64,000 nucleotides of DNA from NCBI GenBank assembly GCA_009914755.4, contig CP068257.2, forward strand, positions 19,200,001-19,264,000, read 5' to 3'. Positions 15,258-29,790 of this stretch are shown here, in pieces (the first letter of the stretch is position 1; every line of letters begins with the position of its first letter). The notes below the pieces were generated by a model. That model was not told the origin of the DNA and made no database searches. It saw nothing but the letters and a program-made list of their open reading frames with translations. This DNA comes from the human T2T-CHM13v2.0 reference genome, Homo sapiens. Position numbers and translations under genes: made by a program.

Positions 15258-15737
15258 TGCTAGTTCCTGTTGCTGCTGTAACAGATTACTATAATCCTAA
15301 TGGCCTCAAATAACACAAACTGATTTTCTTATAGTTTGGGAGGTCAGAAGTCTAAAATGATTCTTATGGGGCTGAAGTCAGGGTGTTGATAAGGTTGGTT
15401 TCCTTCTGGAGGCCTCCCTATAGAATCTGCCTCAGGCCTCTTCCAGTTTCCAGACGCTGCCAACATTCCTTGGCTTCCAGCCACATACCCTAAATCCCCT
15501 TCTACTGTCACATCACATTCTCCTCTTTTGTAGTACAGTCTCCTTCCGTCTCCCTCTTATAAGGACACTGTTGATCCAATAGGCCCACCCAGATAATCCA
15601 GTGTAACTTCCCTATCTCAAGAACCTCAACTTAACCACATCTGCAAAGTCCCTTTTACCATGGAAGGTAACACATTTACAGATCCTAGGGATTCTGATGT
15701 GGGCATCTTTGGGGCACTATTATTCTGTCTATCACAG
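15258..15737 (-). mobile_element. ERVL-MaLR solitary LTR (MLT1-like), minus orientation
   Basis: The sequence 'tgctgctgtaacagattacta…ggcctcaaataacacaaactgattttcttatagtttgggaggtcagaagtc…cattccttggcttccagcc…cttataaggacactgttgatccaataggcccacccagataatccagtgtaacttccct…ttctgatgtgggcatctttggggcactattattctgtctatcacag' has the classic MLT1/MaLR reverse-complement layout. Confidence 0.7.
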
Positions 15738-16979
15738 ATAATTATTATTCTCATTTTATAAATGAGAAAACTGAGGTTCAGAAAGAGATCAAATAACTTG
15801 TTTAAGATTATACAACTAGTGAGCAGTGAAGCCTGAAATCAAATACAGTGAGTCTCCCACTCTTGGCCACTGTATCATTCTGCCTTTATGTTAGTTGGAG
15901 GAGAATAAAAGCACCAAATGTAAAATCTTGGATTATCCAGTGTAGCTCTTATTTCCGGAAAAAAGGATCCTAATACTGAGTCCAGCCTGAAATGGGCTCC
16001 CTAGGTGTGGATGACCTGGCGGCCCTCATTAGTGTGTACATCAATAGTAATGTTAACAATGTCTATGTCGGTTGTCCCCAGGCTCCTTTAGTGACAGAAA
16101 TATCTTTCTGGCTCAGGTGTCCTCGATAATGTGCAGCCACCAAGGCAAACTTCCTATGATGCCTTCATTGCTGAGAGTCTACCTTGTGTTCCTGTAATAG
16201 CAGAGCTGTGTGTTCCCTCTTCTCTGTGGCAGCCTTTTCAGACTCCCGTGTGTTCCCAAATCACCTGAGGAACTTAGTATGAAAGTGACTCTCTGGACGC
16301 ATAGCAGACCTACTCGTTCAGAACATTCAGAATCTCCCAATATGGGGCCCAGATAGGGGTGTTATAGCAAGGTTTTCCTGTTTATTCTGATGCATGCCAA
16401 ATTTTGATTGTCACTCTCGGATTATGTCCTGATTCGTAATCTAAAGCAGTTGTTCACAATATTTTCCCCAGGGAACATTTGCCAACATTTTTTGGAGATA
16501 ATTTTTGCTCTCTCAAATGGGAGCATGCTATTGGCACCTAGTGAGTAGAGGCCAGGAATCTTTCCAAACATCCTACAATCCACGAACAGCCCCTGATAAC
16601 AAATAGTTATCCTGGCCAAGGGGAACCTTCTTAAAGCATGTGAAGAGATGAGGAGATAGTTTATTCTTTAAACTAAATCCAGTATTCTCTGTGTAAATGT
16701 GTTTCTTCACATCAATAACCGTTTAGTTTTGAGTCTGAAGTGAAAAAAAGGAAACAAATAACACGATAAAAATTGAGAAACTTTCTACATGTATAGGGTT
16801 AGGAGATATTAAGCTTTCCATGCTAATATTTTTTAAAATGTTTTATTAAAAGTAACTCTGTAGTCTACTGTCCCCCAGAATGGACTCTAGGAAATAGCTG
16901 AGCAATCTTTACTCTAATTGTGGTTCACTGTCATTGTATGAATGGTTTCAGGTCTCTGATATAATAAGCAAGAGATTGA

Positions 16980-17306
<327 letters not shown>

Positions 17307-20300
17307 TTACAAATTTGTACCATTAGTCATTGCCAGAATACCTCAGCTTGATCCGTACAAGCTGTGTGTCCATGGACAGGTTAATTAACCTCTCCAATCT
17401 CAGTTCCCTTATCTATAAAATGAATGCCAATTCAGGAACTCAAATAGCACACAGATTCTTGCATCTGTAAATGACAAAGGAGACGAATATATATATGGAA
17501 CCCTGTCTGTTTTATGGGGAAGTCTTTTTATTGAGAACTTATTATGCATCTAGCTCTGTGTTTAAGAATGTATAAACATTCCTCCTCCATTTTTCCCTCA
17601 GCCTCATTTTTTAAAATAGCAAACCTAAGAGAAGACAGTATTTTTTAAATTAATTCTGAGAAGCTCTACACATGTGCTTGCTTCCAAGACGTAAGGAGAT
17701 TTAAACTGAAACAGTGGGAAAAAAAATTAAAAATCTCTGTGCTGCTGACTTTCTGGTGTCAGGACAAGAGAAGACATTAGGATTTTATATATGTTGCCAT
17801 TATCTTACACTGGTAAAAAGTGAGATCTTCAGTAATGAATATTAGTATTTTGAACAGCTAAGAGACTGAAGAATCTAGACTTATAAGGTTCATTAATTAA
17901 ATTATCCAACAAAATTTCTATTATTGATTTACATTATTCTAGAGTATTGGAAATACAAAAAGAGAGAAGAAAAAGCCCATGATTGGTTCAGTTTCTCATC
18001 TGAGGCAACTAATCTTTTCTCTGAATACCCACAAAAGTACCAGAAGTAAGATAGTAACCCAGGTCTGTAGGTTGTGAAAGATAAGAAAAGATAGCTTTGG
18101 ATTTTGAAATATATATGTTTAAATTCTGTGTATTTTTGTCAGTGTTGCCATTTTCAACCTTAGGAAACAAAATAATAAACTTTTGTTATTCAAAATTTAT
18201 AACACTAGATGAAAGTAAAATCACAACTTTCAAATTTTTAAGGTTATAGTATTTCTACTTCTGAAGTTATTCAAACTTAAATCTGCCCTGAGACTTTTGG
18301 AACATGGATATTACTGTTTCACCCTACTGGCCAGAGTAATCAATTGATAATCAAGTATTGCTCTTGACAGAAGTAGAGAAAAAGAAAAGTACTAGAATGT
18401 ACTGAGGTGTATCCAAACAACCTGGTCACTTAACCTCCCCAAGGATTTCTTCCTACCTGTGACTTTATTTTGACACTTGACTCTAAGTCATTTTTGAAGT
18501 CATAGCATTGCCTGTTGTGTCTTTAATAGAAGCAATAATAAATGATTCTCATTTTTAATTGTTTTAGGCTCACAGAAAACCTGGGTACCTGAAATACCTA
18601 ACATTTTATTTATTTTAATTAGGCAGAAGCTGCAATTCATCCCTTGCAAAAATATGCCACAGGCAAAAGCTATTAAAAATCTCTGTGACTCTGCACACTC
18701 TACTCTTGTTTGTAAAGGTGGACCATTACAAGGCAATTTGCTACATGTGGGGTGAATTGCAAGGCACATAACATTTACAAATATGAGCAATTAAATTGAA
18801 AACCACTCATTTCTGTTATAATACTCAACCATATGACATTCAATCTATAAATACTAAACTTAAATTATATTTAAGGTACAACCAAAGTTTAGGATGAAGG
18901 GGCAATTCTCTAGAATGCAATTTGAAAGCAAAATTTAGAAAAGTAAATAAGAAAACAGACTTGAGAAAAAACTATTTATTAAGCACAATACTCTGCAATT
19001 TAAAGTAGAAAATGTATTTATAGTTTGCGGTGTGGACCTCAGTGGATTTCAAATGCTCTCAGTGTAAACATAAACAGAAGTCATATCCTTATGTTTTAAA
19101 CACCAGAGTGTGGAGAAGCAACTTCAATCTAAAAAAATCACAGGAAATTATTCAGTGCAACTTTCTTGGTATGGGATAGTCCCTTCAAAGTAAAAGGCAT
19201 ATTTCTCTTTGTATACTGGTTACTGTTATTTAATAATTTTGATAAATTCAACAAGTAAAGTATCTTGATAACTGACAAGGAAAAATAATTCTTACTGAAA
19301 AACTTTATCCCATTCTTCGCACCTCATCCCCAATCATACTGGTTGTTAGTTCCAAGTCTTTTTGTTCATGCTTTTATTTTAATACAAAATTATCCTCCTC
19401 GTTAAGATGGTTGCTTGTATTACCAAAACTATTGTTGGTAAGATGAAAACAGAGATGCCGGGGGTGGAATAAAGCATCTGCTTCCAAGAATGACCCTTAT
19501 CTTATTTGCACAGTACTCTGCAAACATCACGATCCCCATGCAGTCCCTGATTGCTCTGTCTTTGCAGAGACGTTTGTTTTACATGTTGAAATATCTGTTG
19601 TGCGTGTTTCTCTATTTCCTGTTTGCAATTAAGGCAATCTCAACAGTGTCCACTTTAGAAATATTACCTCTGCCACTCTCTCCCACATCAGACCTGTTAA
19701 GCAACTGTTACAGGAAATTTTAAAACACTCAGTTTTTACCTGTATGATAATGGTAATTACACTGTGTTATAAATAAATATTTATTTATAAATTATTATAA
19801 ATAATTATTAAAGGTATATGAATTAAAATAAAAAACTTTCTAAAATTGGAAAAATCTTGAAGATGAAGATTGTTTATGTTTATTAGAATCATTAGCAGCC
19901 TATCACAATAGTTGATGCTTGAAAATTTAGGATTAATGATGACATTTTTATTTTTTTCCTTCGATGTTGTTGCATTGCCCAGGCATTTAACAAATACGCA
20001 AATAGGTGTCTATGTAGATAGATGCACACATGTATATCTGTCTACATAGACAACTATTTGCATATACACGTATATATGCATATACACGTATAGGTACACG
20101 CATAATGAGTAAATGCAAATATGTCTATTTGTGTTTATGTAAAATTATGTATTAAGTAGTCTTTCTTCCATGCTCGATATTTCTTTTTTGTTCTTGTTAA
20201 ATCAGAACACCTATAGCTAGAAGAGAAGAATTGTAATGTTGCCAACACAAAGAAAAAATAAATGTTTGAGGTGATAGACACCTCAATTGCCCTGATTTGA

Positions 20301-22095
20301 TCATTACACATTGTATACATGCGTCGAAATATCGCATATACCCTCACAATCTGTACAACTATGACATAGCAATAGAAGATCTTGAAGAAATTCAGAATAT
20401 CTAGCTTCTGCTTGGTCTTTGAATGGACTTCACAAAAGAAATCAAAAGTATGGTTGGAACTTATTTTTTAAATATTAAATAAATTTTAGAAATGTACCAT
20501 ACTGCACATAAAAATTGAGTATTCACCTAGATGAGCATATGAATTATTATTTTTCTGCTGGTGAACAAATTTATTCAGTAGGATGAGATGTGTGGGAAAT
20601 TGCCATTCACTATAAAATTAATGAAACAGAAAAAATTTCCTTTTACAATCTAATGCTTTTTTAACTTAACACAGACATTGAGATTCAAGTTTTTATTAAG
20701 TGCAGCTTGATCAAATTTCAGCATGCATACATCACTATTGTTCATCAATAACTGAAGAAGATTTTGTTGACTACATTTTTATCAGATATTTCATGTGAAC
20801 ATGAAAACAGAAAGAATGAGTGTGGGTTGATATAATGCCTCGGGAGGGTGCCAGGCTTTTCGTTCTCATAAGCACGTATTTTCAGATGCTTTGAGAAGGT
20901 TAAACGATTTTGAAAACTTCATTATAATTTGGATTTCAGAAAGCCTATCCTAGAAATAAACGTTTCAATTAAATCTTCTTAAACCTTATGGTAAAAGAGT
21001 TTAAAGTCCCCTACCTTATGATTGTAGAAATTAAAATCATCTTATAGGTGGGCTATGAAGAGAAAATTTTTATTAGATGTAGTCAAAAAAGTAGAATTTT
21101 TTACATGAATAAAAATAATTAAGATTTGTTATGTTTTTAGTTTGTATGGGAGTATGTATGTGTTCCCTTGGGCTTAATTTTTAAGATTAATATTTTTACA
21201 AAAGATTACATTTTTTTCTTATATGGGACTTATCACAAAATTAAAGCTGAAGAATAGAGACATGATTTGTTTACCATATGCAAGCATTTGGATATTTGTT
21301 CTAAAATGGAAATACATTTTACAGAATTCTTAAGGTAGCATGAAAGCTAAGTTTATGCAAAAGAAAAATAACAGGTTCTAGTGGCTCGTAAGAAATGTTT
21401 GGTATTTCAGAGATATTCCAAAAAAGTGAATCAAGGGTTCAACTTGTTCCTTCACCATCATATAGGGCATGGTCCTATTCTTCATCTTTGAGTATCAGCA
21501 TAGCCATATTTTAATTCCAGGCCACAACAAGACAAAGAGAGAATGGAAGACCTCACACATAATGCTTTAAAGTTAAAGCCTGCAAGTGTTACACATTATT
21601 TCTGCCCGCCCCCAGTTGGCCTGAGCTAATTTACGTGACTGTTCATGACTGCAAGGAAAGTTGTGAAGCACAGTCTCCGGCGATGTCAGTTCAAACTCTG
21701 GTGGGAGGTTCATTGATTAAAAGGAGGAAACAGAGAATACATGGTGGGAGATGGGAAGATGTATCTGTCACCCAGATGTCTGGCAAAGGTTTTGTTATTT
21801 TAATCTCGTGGAAGAGGCTAAAGAATAACAGAATGAGTTGAATTCAGAATGTTATAATTTGTGCTACAATCAGTTGTCTAAAAAGCTATGTTTATACCTA
21901 TGCCTATTTCTTTTGTGACTTAAATCTTGGAGGCCAGCCATATTTAGTTATTTTTGTAAAAGTTACCAAATTACAATATTAGGCACATTTTTCAAAATGA
22001 TGCTCTCGTCTTCTTATTATGCTTGGGTCGTTTATAATATATTGAGGTTTTGCAAAAACAAACTGATGTAAGATACAGTATGCATTATCTTACAT

Positions 22096-22145
22096 CATAC
22101 ATACATACATACATACATATGAAAAGGAGAGAGAGAGAGAGAGAC
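22096..22145. repeat. Compound (CATA)n-(GA)n microsatellite
   Basis: The run is 'catacatacatacatacatacatat…ggagagagagagagagagagac'. Confidence 0.95.
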
Positions 22146-22597
22146 AGTAATAGAGATATCTATGAAATTGGAATCAGGTTAAACATATTTCAACTGACCC
22201 TAAATTCCTTAAAAATATTTCTTTGTAGGTATTCTGATTTAAACCACTAGTTTAATGAAATGCAACCACTAATTAGGGTTACTCTGTGTTATTCTTACAG
22301 TGATTCATTCTTCTAAGTTCCAAACTCCTCAAGATATTTGTGTGTCTATGTATTTTTTCTCTGTAAGAGACAATTTTGGGTATTCTTAATTAAAAGCAGC
22401 CACTGTCACAGTAAGAATAAACACTATCAGAATGTTGGGGAGGGAGGAGAGAGAGAGTGTGAAGATGCTGGAGCTTGAAGAAGGGCTTATGATTGTGATC
22501 TGAAGAACAAGCTCTAAGACCTAAGACAGGTGGAAGGGACTCGGGACCATAATGAAACCCCCTGAGCCAAACCCATGAGAAATGATGGAAGTGGTAA

Positions 22598-22654
22598 GAA
22601 GAAAAAAAAAAAAAGGAAAAGAAAGAAAGAAAGAAAGAAAGAAGGAAGAAAAAT
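22598..22654. repeat. poly-A/(GAAA)n purine tract
   Basis: The run is 'gaaaaaaaaaaaaaggaaaagaaagaaagaaagaaagaaagaaggaagaaaaa'. Confidence 0.95.
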
Positions 22655-23378
22655 ATAGACAGTGGGTTTCAGAATAAGTAGGAGTCTGCAACTGACAATG
22701 AAAAGTAACAATTTTTTTCACAATCATTCAAAGCAAATCCAAACTATTTACGATGCTTTTTGCTACGACAGAAAGCCCTTCTCAAACTAACTTAAATCAT
22801 AAGGAACTTTTTAATGCAGATGTGTGTGCTGGAATATTTTTGAGATTAAAAACTGATTTATTTTCATGCCTCTAGCTCTATTTCCCTGATTCTCCCCAAG
22901 TGCCCACTTCATCTTCAGGTGGTAACAAAACGATAACACCTCTTAACATTTTCACAGAGGGCTAGAGGGAGAAAATGTCCAGAGGAGAATAAGAAGAAAA
23001 AAACCTTCCTAAAGTCTCCAGTAAATACCTTTACAATCCACTGTCACGTATTGGACCACAGGCTCATTTTTTACCCAAACATGACAAATAGTGACCTTAC
23101 ATCCCAGTTTGCCCAAAAGTGTTGTTACCTATTACTCTGTTGTAATTAAATAGTACCTTCTTTCACTTTCAAAACTGACCCAGTTTAAATAATAAATTAT
23201 GTCACTATTCCAACTAACATCAATCTGGTCAAACCCTGAAATGTGAGATGTGATCAGCCATTTTGGGGGCACATGTGCAAGATGAAGAAGGGATAGAGCT
23301 GAATGAAATCAAGGTTCTTTATGAAGAAAAAGAAGATGTCTCTAACAATCAGAAATGTCATACATGGAATCTTTTCCT

Positions 23379-23757
23379 GAATTTCCTCCCAAATTCAAAT
23401 GTTGAAGCCTGACCTCCAATGTGACTGTATTTTGAAATAGGGCCTATAAGGATGTAATAAGAGTTAAGTGAGGTCATGAAGGTAAGATCTTAATCCCATC
23501 GGAGTGGTGTCTTTATAAGCAAAGAAAGAGAGTCTAAGTGTTTTTCTCTCTCCTTGTTTGCAGAGAAGAGACTACGCAAGGACATAGTGAGAGGGCAGCC
23601 ATCTGCGAGCCACAAACAGAGGCCTCACCAGAAACCAACCCTGCAGGCACCTTGATCTTGGACTTCCAGCTTGCAGACTGTGAGAATATACATTTCTGTT
23701 GGGTAAGCCATCCAGTCTGTAGTACTTTATTATGACAGCCCTTATCAGACTACTACA
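23379..23757 (+). mobile_element. ERVL-MaLR solitary LTR (MST-like), plus orientation
   Basis: The sequence 'cctcccaaattcaaatgttgaagcctgacctccaatgtgactgtattttgaaatagggcct…gtgtctttataagcaaag…cctcaccagaaaccaaccctgcaggcaccttgatcttggacttccagcttgcagactgtgagaatatacatttctgttgggtaagccatccagtctgtagtactttattatgacagcc' is a close structural match to the MST consensus. Confidence 0.8.
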
Positions 23758-26481
23758 TAGAGTATTCGGGCATTTGTAGGCACTTACCTGCCATGCTGGC
23801 TAGTTTCAATTGCGAGTGCTTGGGAGAAACATGAGCTTTACTTTTCTTTTCTTTTTTTTTTTTTTCACTCCATCTGCCTCTGTGTTTAGAATTCTCTGTT
23901 TTTCTAATTATGGAGCTAACCTCTCAACTCCTTGAATGAAGAGGCTGAATGCCACACAGTCCCCGGGCTTTTAAAATGCCATATGCTATGTGTATATTCT
24001 TGGATAATTGTGAACCACTTTAGACTTCCCCTATGCCCCACTTATGGGTTGACTGATGTGTGGTAACTTGAATGGGCTCAATATAAAATCTCTCTGGCTT
24101 GTACAAGGAAAAAACAGAGAAAACAGAGAACCTTTTAATAAAAGATGAAAGAATGTTGAAGAGGGCTTAAAAGGGAAGGATTCAATCAGAATTATAGTAA
24201 ACTTCATGGTCCAAATTTGAGAGAAAGGTGATTTTTAAGCCTAACCCCAGCTTGGATTTTCCTCGTGTTTGTTCTAATGTACCTACTTCTACTCACTTTT
24301 TTCTCTCCTAATTGAAAAGGCTTTTTGATGGAAAAGATCATTTTTCATATGCTGTCTTTGTCCTTAAATAAACAGAGAACCTCAGGTTAAATCCCCTTAG
24401 AGCTATGTTAGATTTGCTTTCCATCAAGTTTGTTATTAAGGCATATTTACCAAGATAGAGAGTACCTGATCTAGGCACTCATTTTAAATTTAATGTACAA
24501 GTTCTGGAAAATGCAGGGCCAGAACGGGTGGAAGATATCCTGGGTGTACATATTTCGGCTGGGCTGATATTGTCACCACCAAATTGTTCGGGCTGCAGAA
24601 ACATTTGTTTACATATCACTATAGAGGATGCAAAATTGCATTTTTTAAACATGTTCAGGAGAATCTGGGAGAGCAACATGTAAGTTAACGAGTAATTTTT
24701 GCATTAAAACATAAATATTAACACTAAGTATGCACAGTTCAAGTCAGCTTTTTCTTCCGAAAGAGCTAAGGTCGGGCACAATTTGCAGCTCTTTGAATTG
24801 CAAAAGAAGCTTTCGTTTTTCTGAGAGTTTTGGATTTCAGAATTGGATAAGGGGTTATAGATCTGCAATATCTTCACCACCGAGATTTATGAGGAAGAAA
24901 CTGAGACAGAGAGTAAAGTAACATACTTACAGCTGGTACCCAAGGAAGGCATGATTCAAATCCCTGCAGTGCAGATTCATTATGCCATCTCAGTGAATTG
25001 AATAATGAAGCAAGAGAAAGTCTCTCTTTGATGGGGTGAGGAATATGTCTTGGAGGAGGTGGCATTTGAGCTTTACTCTGTTCGATTTTTACAAGTGTTT
25101 TAGTTACTCTATGCTTTTTCTCACCAAGTAAATTTAACAGGTTTAGTAAAGGCATGAAGGAAAGAAATTCAAAGGTGACCTGTGAATGAGTTTAACTGGG
25201 ATAGTTGGAAATAGGACCTAAAAAGAAAAGGGAGCCAAATCTTGGATTAGTGCTTGGAAATTCAAATACTATTCTGAAGTAACAGGAACATAATTGAATG
25301 ATGAAATGGTATAGTCAGAGTTGCAGGAGGTTAATGAGATAACAATACATGAGGAGAGAGAATGGTAGTGATTAATTGAAATGCCCTCACAATATGTAAC
25401 TTCCATAACTAAAGCAAAATAATTACTGCCCTTCACCATGCTCTGTAGGTCATTGCAAAATTCACATGAACTTTTGTTCCTACGTTTCTTTTAACAAAAC
25501 AAATTTGAACTAGGTCCATGAATATTAACATATGACATGGTCCTGTTCTCACCACAGTTGAGTCCAACCTGTGGCTCAGGTAGTATTAGAGACACAATAT
25601 GTACTTCTGGAAATTTGTAAGTTCAAAACTAACTTGAGAGATATTTTTAATAGAATACTAGTCAACATTTGGTATTTAGTTAATACTTTGATGAGTTTAA
25701 AGATTCACTATAAAAGACTTTAGAAATGGCAATATTAAGAAGAAATATTTTGAGATACATGGTTATCTCACACTGTTCCAAGTTGTAATTCTATAATATA
25801 AACACAACCTACTACATTGAGCCAAGGGTCCTATCTAAAGATATCACTTATCGAGTGAGTATAATGCATTGAGGTAACTGAAAATGGAATGTTCCTATAA
25901 GAGAAGAAGGGAGGAGAAAGTAATATAATTAAATAGAAAATATCCTTTCTCAATGTGTTGAAATAAATCAACATTGACTACAGAAAGGGAATCAACAAAA
26001 TAAGATGTCAAAATCTATAATAAAATATCAAAAATATAGAAGTAAATAGAAACATGTTAGCTGTAGGTTAAAAGTTACTGTTGCTTCTGTTATCAGTATA
26101 TAAGAGAATTAACTACAATAGCACTCAAATGACACGAGGATTATTAAAATTCTGTCAAATTCCCTATTACGAAGCTCATAGTTTCATACTCAGCCATATA
26201 ACTTGCCTCACAGCTGAAATTTAGGGCACAGCTGAAGAATAAGAAATTTCACTTTCTAAATGGATACCTTGGATAAAAATGTACACTCTCTATGTATGTA
26301 GGTGTGTGTATCTATGTATATGTATGTGTATTTCTATACACACATATACATATAAATTTGAAATAAAAATAATTATTTTAATATAAAGTTTTCAAAAGTT
26401 AATTTGTTGTCAACACTTTAGAAAGTTTAGTCTGTTACTCACTAGTCAACACTTTGTTTATGAGCTACTGATTCTCATTTT

Positions 26482-27530
26482 TTGTGTTTTTTTTAACTTT
26501 TAATTTAAGTTCGGGGGTACATATGTAGGTTTGTTATATAGGTAAACTCATATCACAGAGGTTAGTTGTAGAGATTATTTCATCACCCAAGTACTAAGCC
26601 TAGTACCCAATATTTATTTTTTCTGCTCCTTGCCCTCCTCCCATCCTGCACCCTCAAGTAGTCCCTATTGTCTATTGTGTCCATGAGTTTTCATCATTTA
26701 GCTCCCACTTATAAGTGAGAACATGTGGTGTTTGCTTTTCCATTCCTGCATTAGTTTACTAAGAATAATAGCCTCCAGCTCTATTCATGTTCCTTCAAAA
26801 GACATGATCTCATTCTTTTTTATGGCTGCATAGTATTCCATGGTGTATATATATTTTTTCTTTATCCAATCTGTTTTCTTTATCCAATCTGTCATTGATT
26901 GGCATATAGGTTGATTCCATGTCTTTGCTATTGTGCATAGTGTTGCAGTTAACATTCATGCACATGTGTCTTTGTGGTAGAATAATTTATATTCCTCAGG
27001 GCATATACTCAGTAATGGGATTGCTGGATTGAATGGTAGTTTTGTTTTCAGCGATTTGAGGAATCACCATACTGTTTTCCACAATGGTTGAACTACTTTA
27101 TCCTCTCACCAGCAATGTTTAAGTCTTCCCTTTTCTCTGAAACCTTGCCAGCATCTGTTATTTTTCACTCTTTAATAGTAGCTGTTCTACTGGTGCAAGA
27201 TGGTATCTTTATGTGGCTTTGATTTGCATTTCTCTAATAATAAGTGATGTTGAGCTTTTCTTCATATTCTTGTTGGCTGCATGCATGTCTTCTTTAGAAA
27301 AGTGACTGTTCATTTTCTTTGTGCACTTTTTAATGGGGTTGTTTTTCTTGTAAATTTGTTTAAGTTTCTTATAGATGCTAGATATTAGACCTTTGTCAGA
27401 TGCATAGTTTGCCAATATATTTTCTCCCATTTTGTAGGTTGTCTATTTACTCTGCTGATAGTTTCTTTTGCTGTGCAGAAGCTCTTGAGTTTAATTAGAT
27501 CCCATTTGTCAATTTTTGCTTTTGTTCATT
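26482..27530 (-). mobile_element. L1 (LINE-1) 3' end covering the ORF2 C-terminal region and 3'UTR, antisense
   Basis: A poly-T run is followed by 'aagttcgggggtacatatgtaggtttgttatataggtaaact…cccacttataagtgagaacatgtggtgtttg…ttttatggctgcatagtattccatggtgtatat…gattccatgtctttgctattgtgcatagtg…gatttgcatttctctaataataagtgatgttgagc…gatcccatttgtcaatttttgcttttgtt'. Confidence 0.9.
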
Positions 27531-29706
27531 TTTTTGTTTTTCACCAGAACACTCTCTTTTCAGTGGTGTCACTTTCCTTAAACATTATATTTACAGAAAT
27601 TTATCGTACATGGTTTATAGTCATGCTTTTACCAAGTTTTCTATTTACTTATTACTGTTTCACTTTTCCCATCAACTCTAAAGGGCATTTTTGAGTTTAA
27701 ATATTTAATTGCGGGTATTTTCTAATGTTTTAAAGTGAAGATCATCCACAAAGACTGACTACAACAGACCTTGGACTAATCCACCATCAGTCATGCTTAT
27801 GTGTAAGTCATTGAAAAAAATTCTTAGTCCCAATTTTATCTTCATTTGTGTACTTTTCATTATTGTCCTTTGTTTTACTGATTTTTTTTAAAAAAAAGTA
27901 AAACAAGTAATGCATAGAAAATTAAAAATATAAACTTTAGTGGTAAAATTGATATGGGTAAAACAAGAAAAAGGAAGAACATGCTGAGCAGGTTTTCCTG
28001 GACACTTTTACGTTTATTGTATGTCCCAGCCTCTACAACAGGGATGTTGGAAGAAGCAAGAGACTTTTCTATGCAACATTCTTACAGAAATCATGTTTTG
28101 CAAAGTTAAGCTACTTGATTATGTTGAAATTCAAGTACTGGCTAAATATAATTCCCAGATGAGCATACTTATGCATATCATCCATTATTAACTTCTGTAC
28201 AATATTAAATATAAACTACTTCCAGGCAGCCTGGCATGAATTAAAAATATGAATGCCACCATATTATTGATTATTGTTCTACATGGTTACACTTTAATAT
28301 GCATAGTAATGCAAAATAAATATGCTAAGAGTTCTTCAATAATAAACATGCCATTCCTCTGAAAATGCTAGGATATATATGCAGTACAAAATTCATACAC
28401 TATGTAAACTCTTAAATGAAAGAGTTCGTAAAACGGTCTACTATTTCAAATATAGTTCTCTATCACAACATATTCAAATTATTAGGTGTTTTCTCTGTGG
28501 AGTATTTTCAATATTTTACAGATGTTGGAATAATCGTGAGATTTCTGTAATACAGAATGCGTTCCATTGTTATTATTAATAATAGTCTCTACTATAAATC
28601 ACATCAATCACTGTGTGAGCATTTTGCACATGTAATCTCAAATTCTCATAGAGAAATACTGTTGGCTACACAGACTCAGTAATTTCAATCATGATACTAT
28701 TGTTTTAAACCCATCAATATGCTAATCCATTCTGCCAGGTGCAAGAGAAACCAAAGAGTAATAAAGTAATTTCAGAGCCTTCTGACCTCAAAAAGACTAT
28801 CATTCAACTAAGGAGATAGATTACAAACAAACAAGATGCCAACTAATTCAAGGCTTCTCTATCATGAGTGAAATATTTTCATAGTCTGCTACCTAATAGT
28901 TTCACTCTTAATTGCCAAAAAAAAAATTACTTGATCCGTATGGGTGTGTGTGAATTCATACACAAACTTAAAAAATAATTACATTTATTATCTTATTAGA
29001 ATCAATAGATGGAACTACATTAATCTAAAAGAAAAATGAGAATTTCATCAGAATCAATATCAAAGTTAAATTAATCTTTCTTTAATAAAACAAGGCACAA
29101 GCATTCAGAGTTTATAATTGGAGTTGCTAGGCTAAAGAATTACTATAGGGAAGGAATAATTTCTAAATACAACCATCTTTATTTCCAGTCAGAAAGCAAT
29201 GACTATTTCCAAGCTACATTGGGCTGAATTTCCTGCTAACAAATGTGATAATATAGAACTCTATGAAAATTAATGTTCCAATGAGAGCTCCTAAAATGAT
29301 GTCCTCAAAAAATAATATTGGTGCATTAAAATAAAGAATTACACATTAAGTTCAAAGTTAAAACTCTCATAGCATTAGTGCAAAAATAGGCTGGGATGTA
29401 TTTACTTAATTTTTTCCTTTTAAACACTTTTTAAAGTGTTAGAGATGTTTATAGAAATTAATCTACACAAAGATGAAGAATGTAGTGAGGCTCATTTAGT
29501 AGAAACTTTCAGAGGTATTTCAAGCAAATACAATGAAGAATTTCAGAAATAGTATTAAATTACTATTATTGATACAAGACAACCCTTTTCACTGTCATTC
29601 ATTCTATAGTAAGTTTCTTGATGAGAGTTTCATGCCACTATGGTACTCAGTTTGATTATACCTGAGCCATCATGTGTCAAATTACTTTTGTGTCTCAGAA
29701 ACCAAC

Positions 29707-29790
29707 CTCCCTTCCTCCCTCCTTCCTTCCTTCTTTCTTTCCTTCCTTCCTTTCTCCCTCTCTGTCCCCCTTTCTTTTTTTCATTCTTTC
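29707..29790. repeat. Polypyrimidine (CTTC/CCTT)n tract, a mirror-repeat block
   Basis: The run 'cctcccttcctccctccttccttccttctttctttccttccttcctttctccctctctgtccccctttctttttttc' is about 85 nt of pure pyrimidine on the plus strand. Confidence 0.95.
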
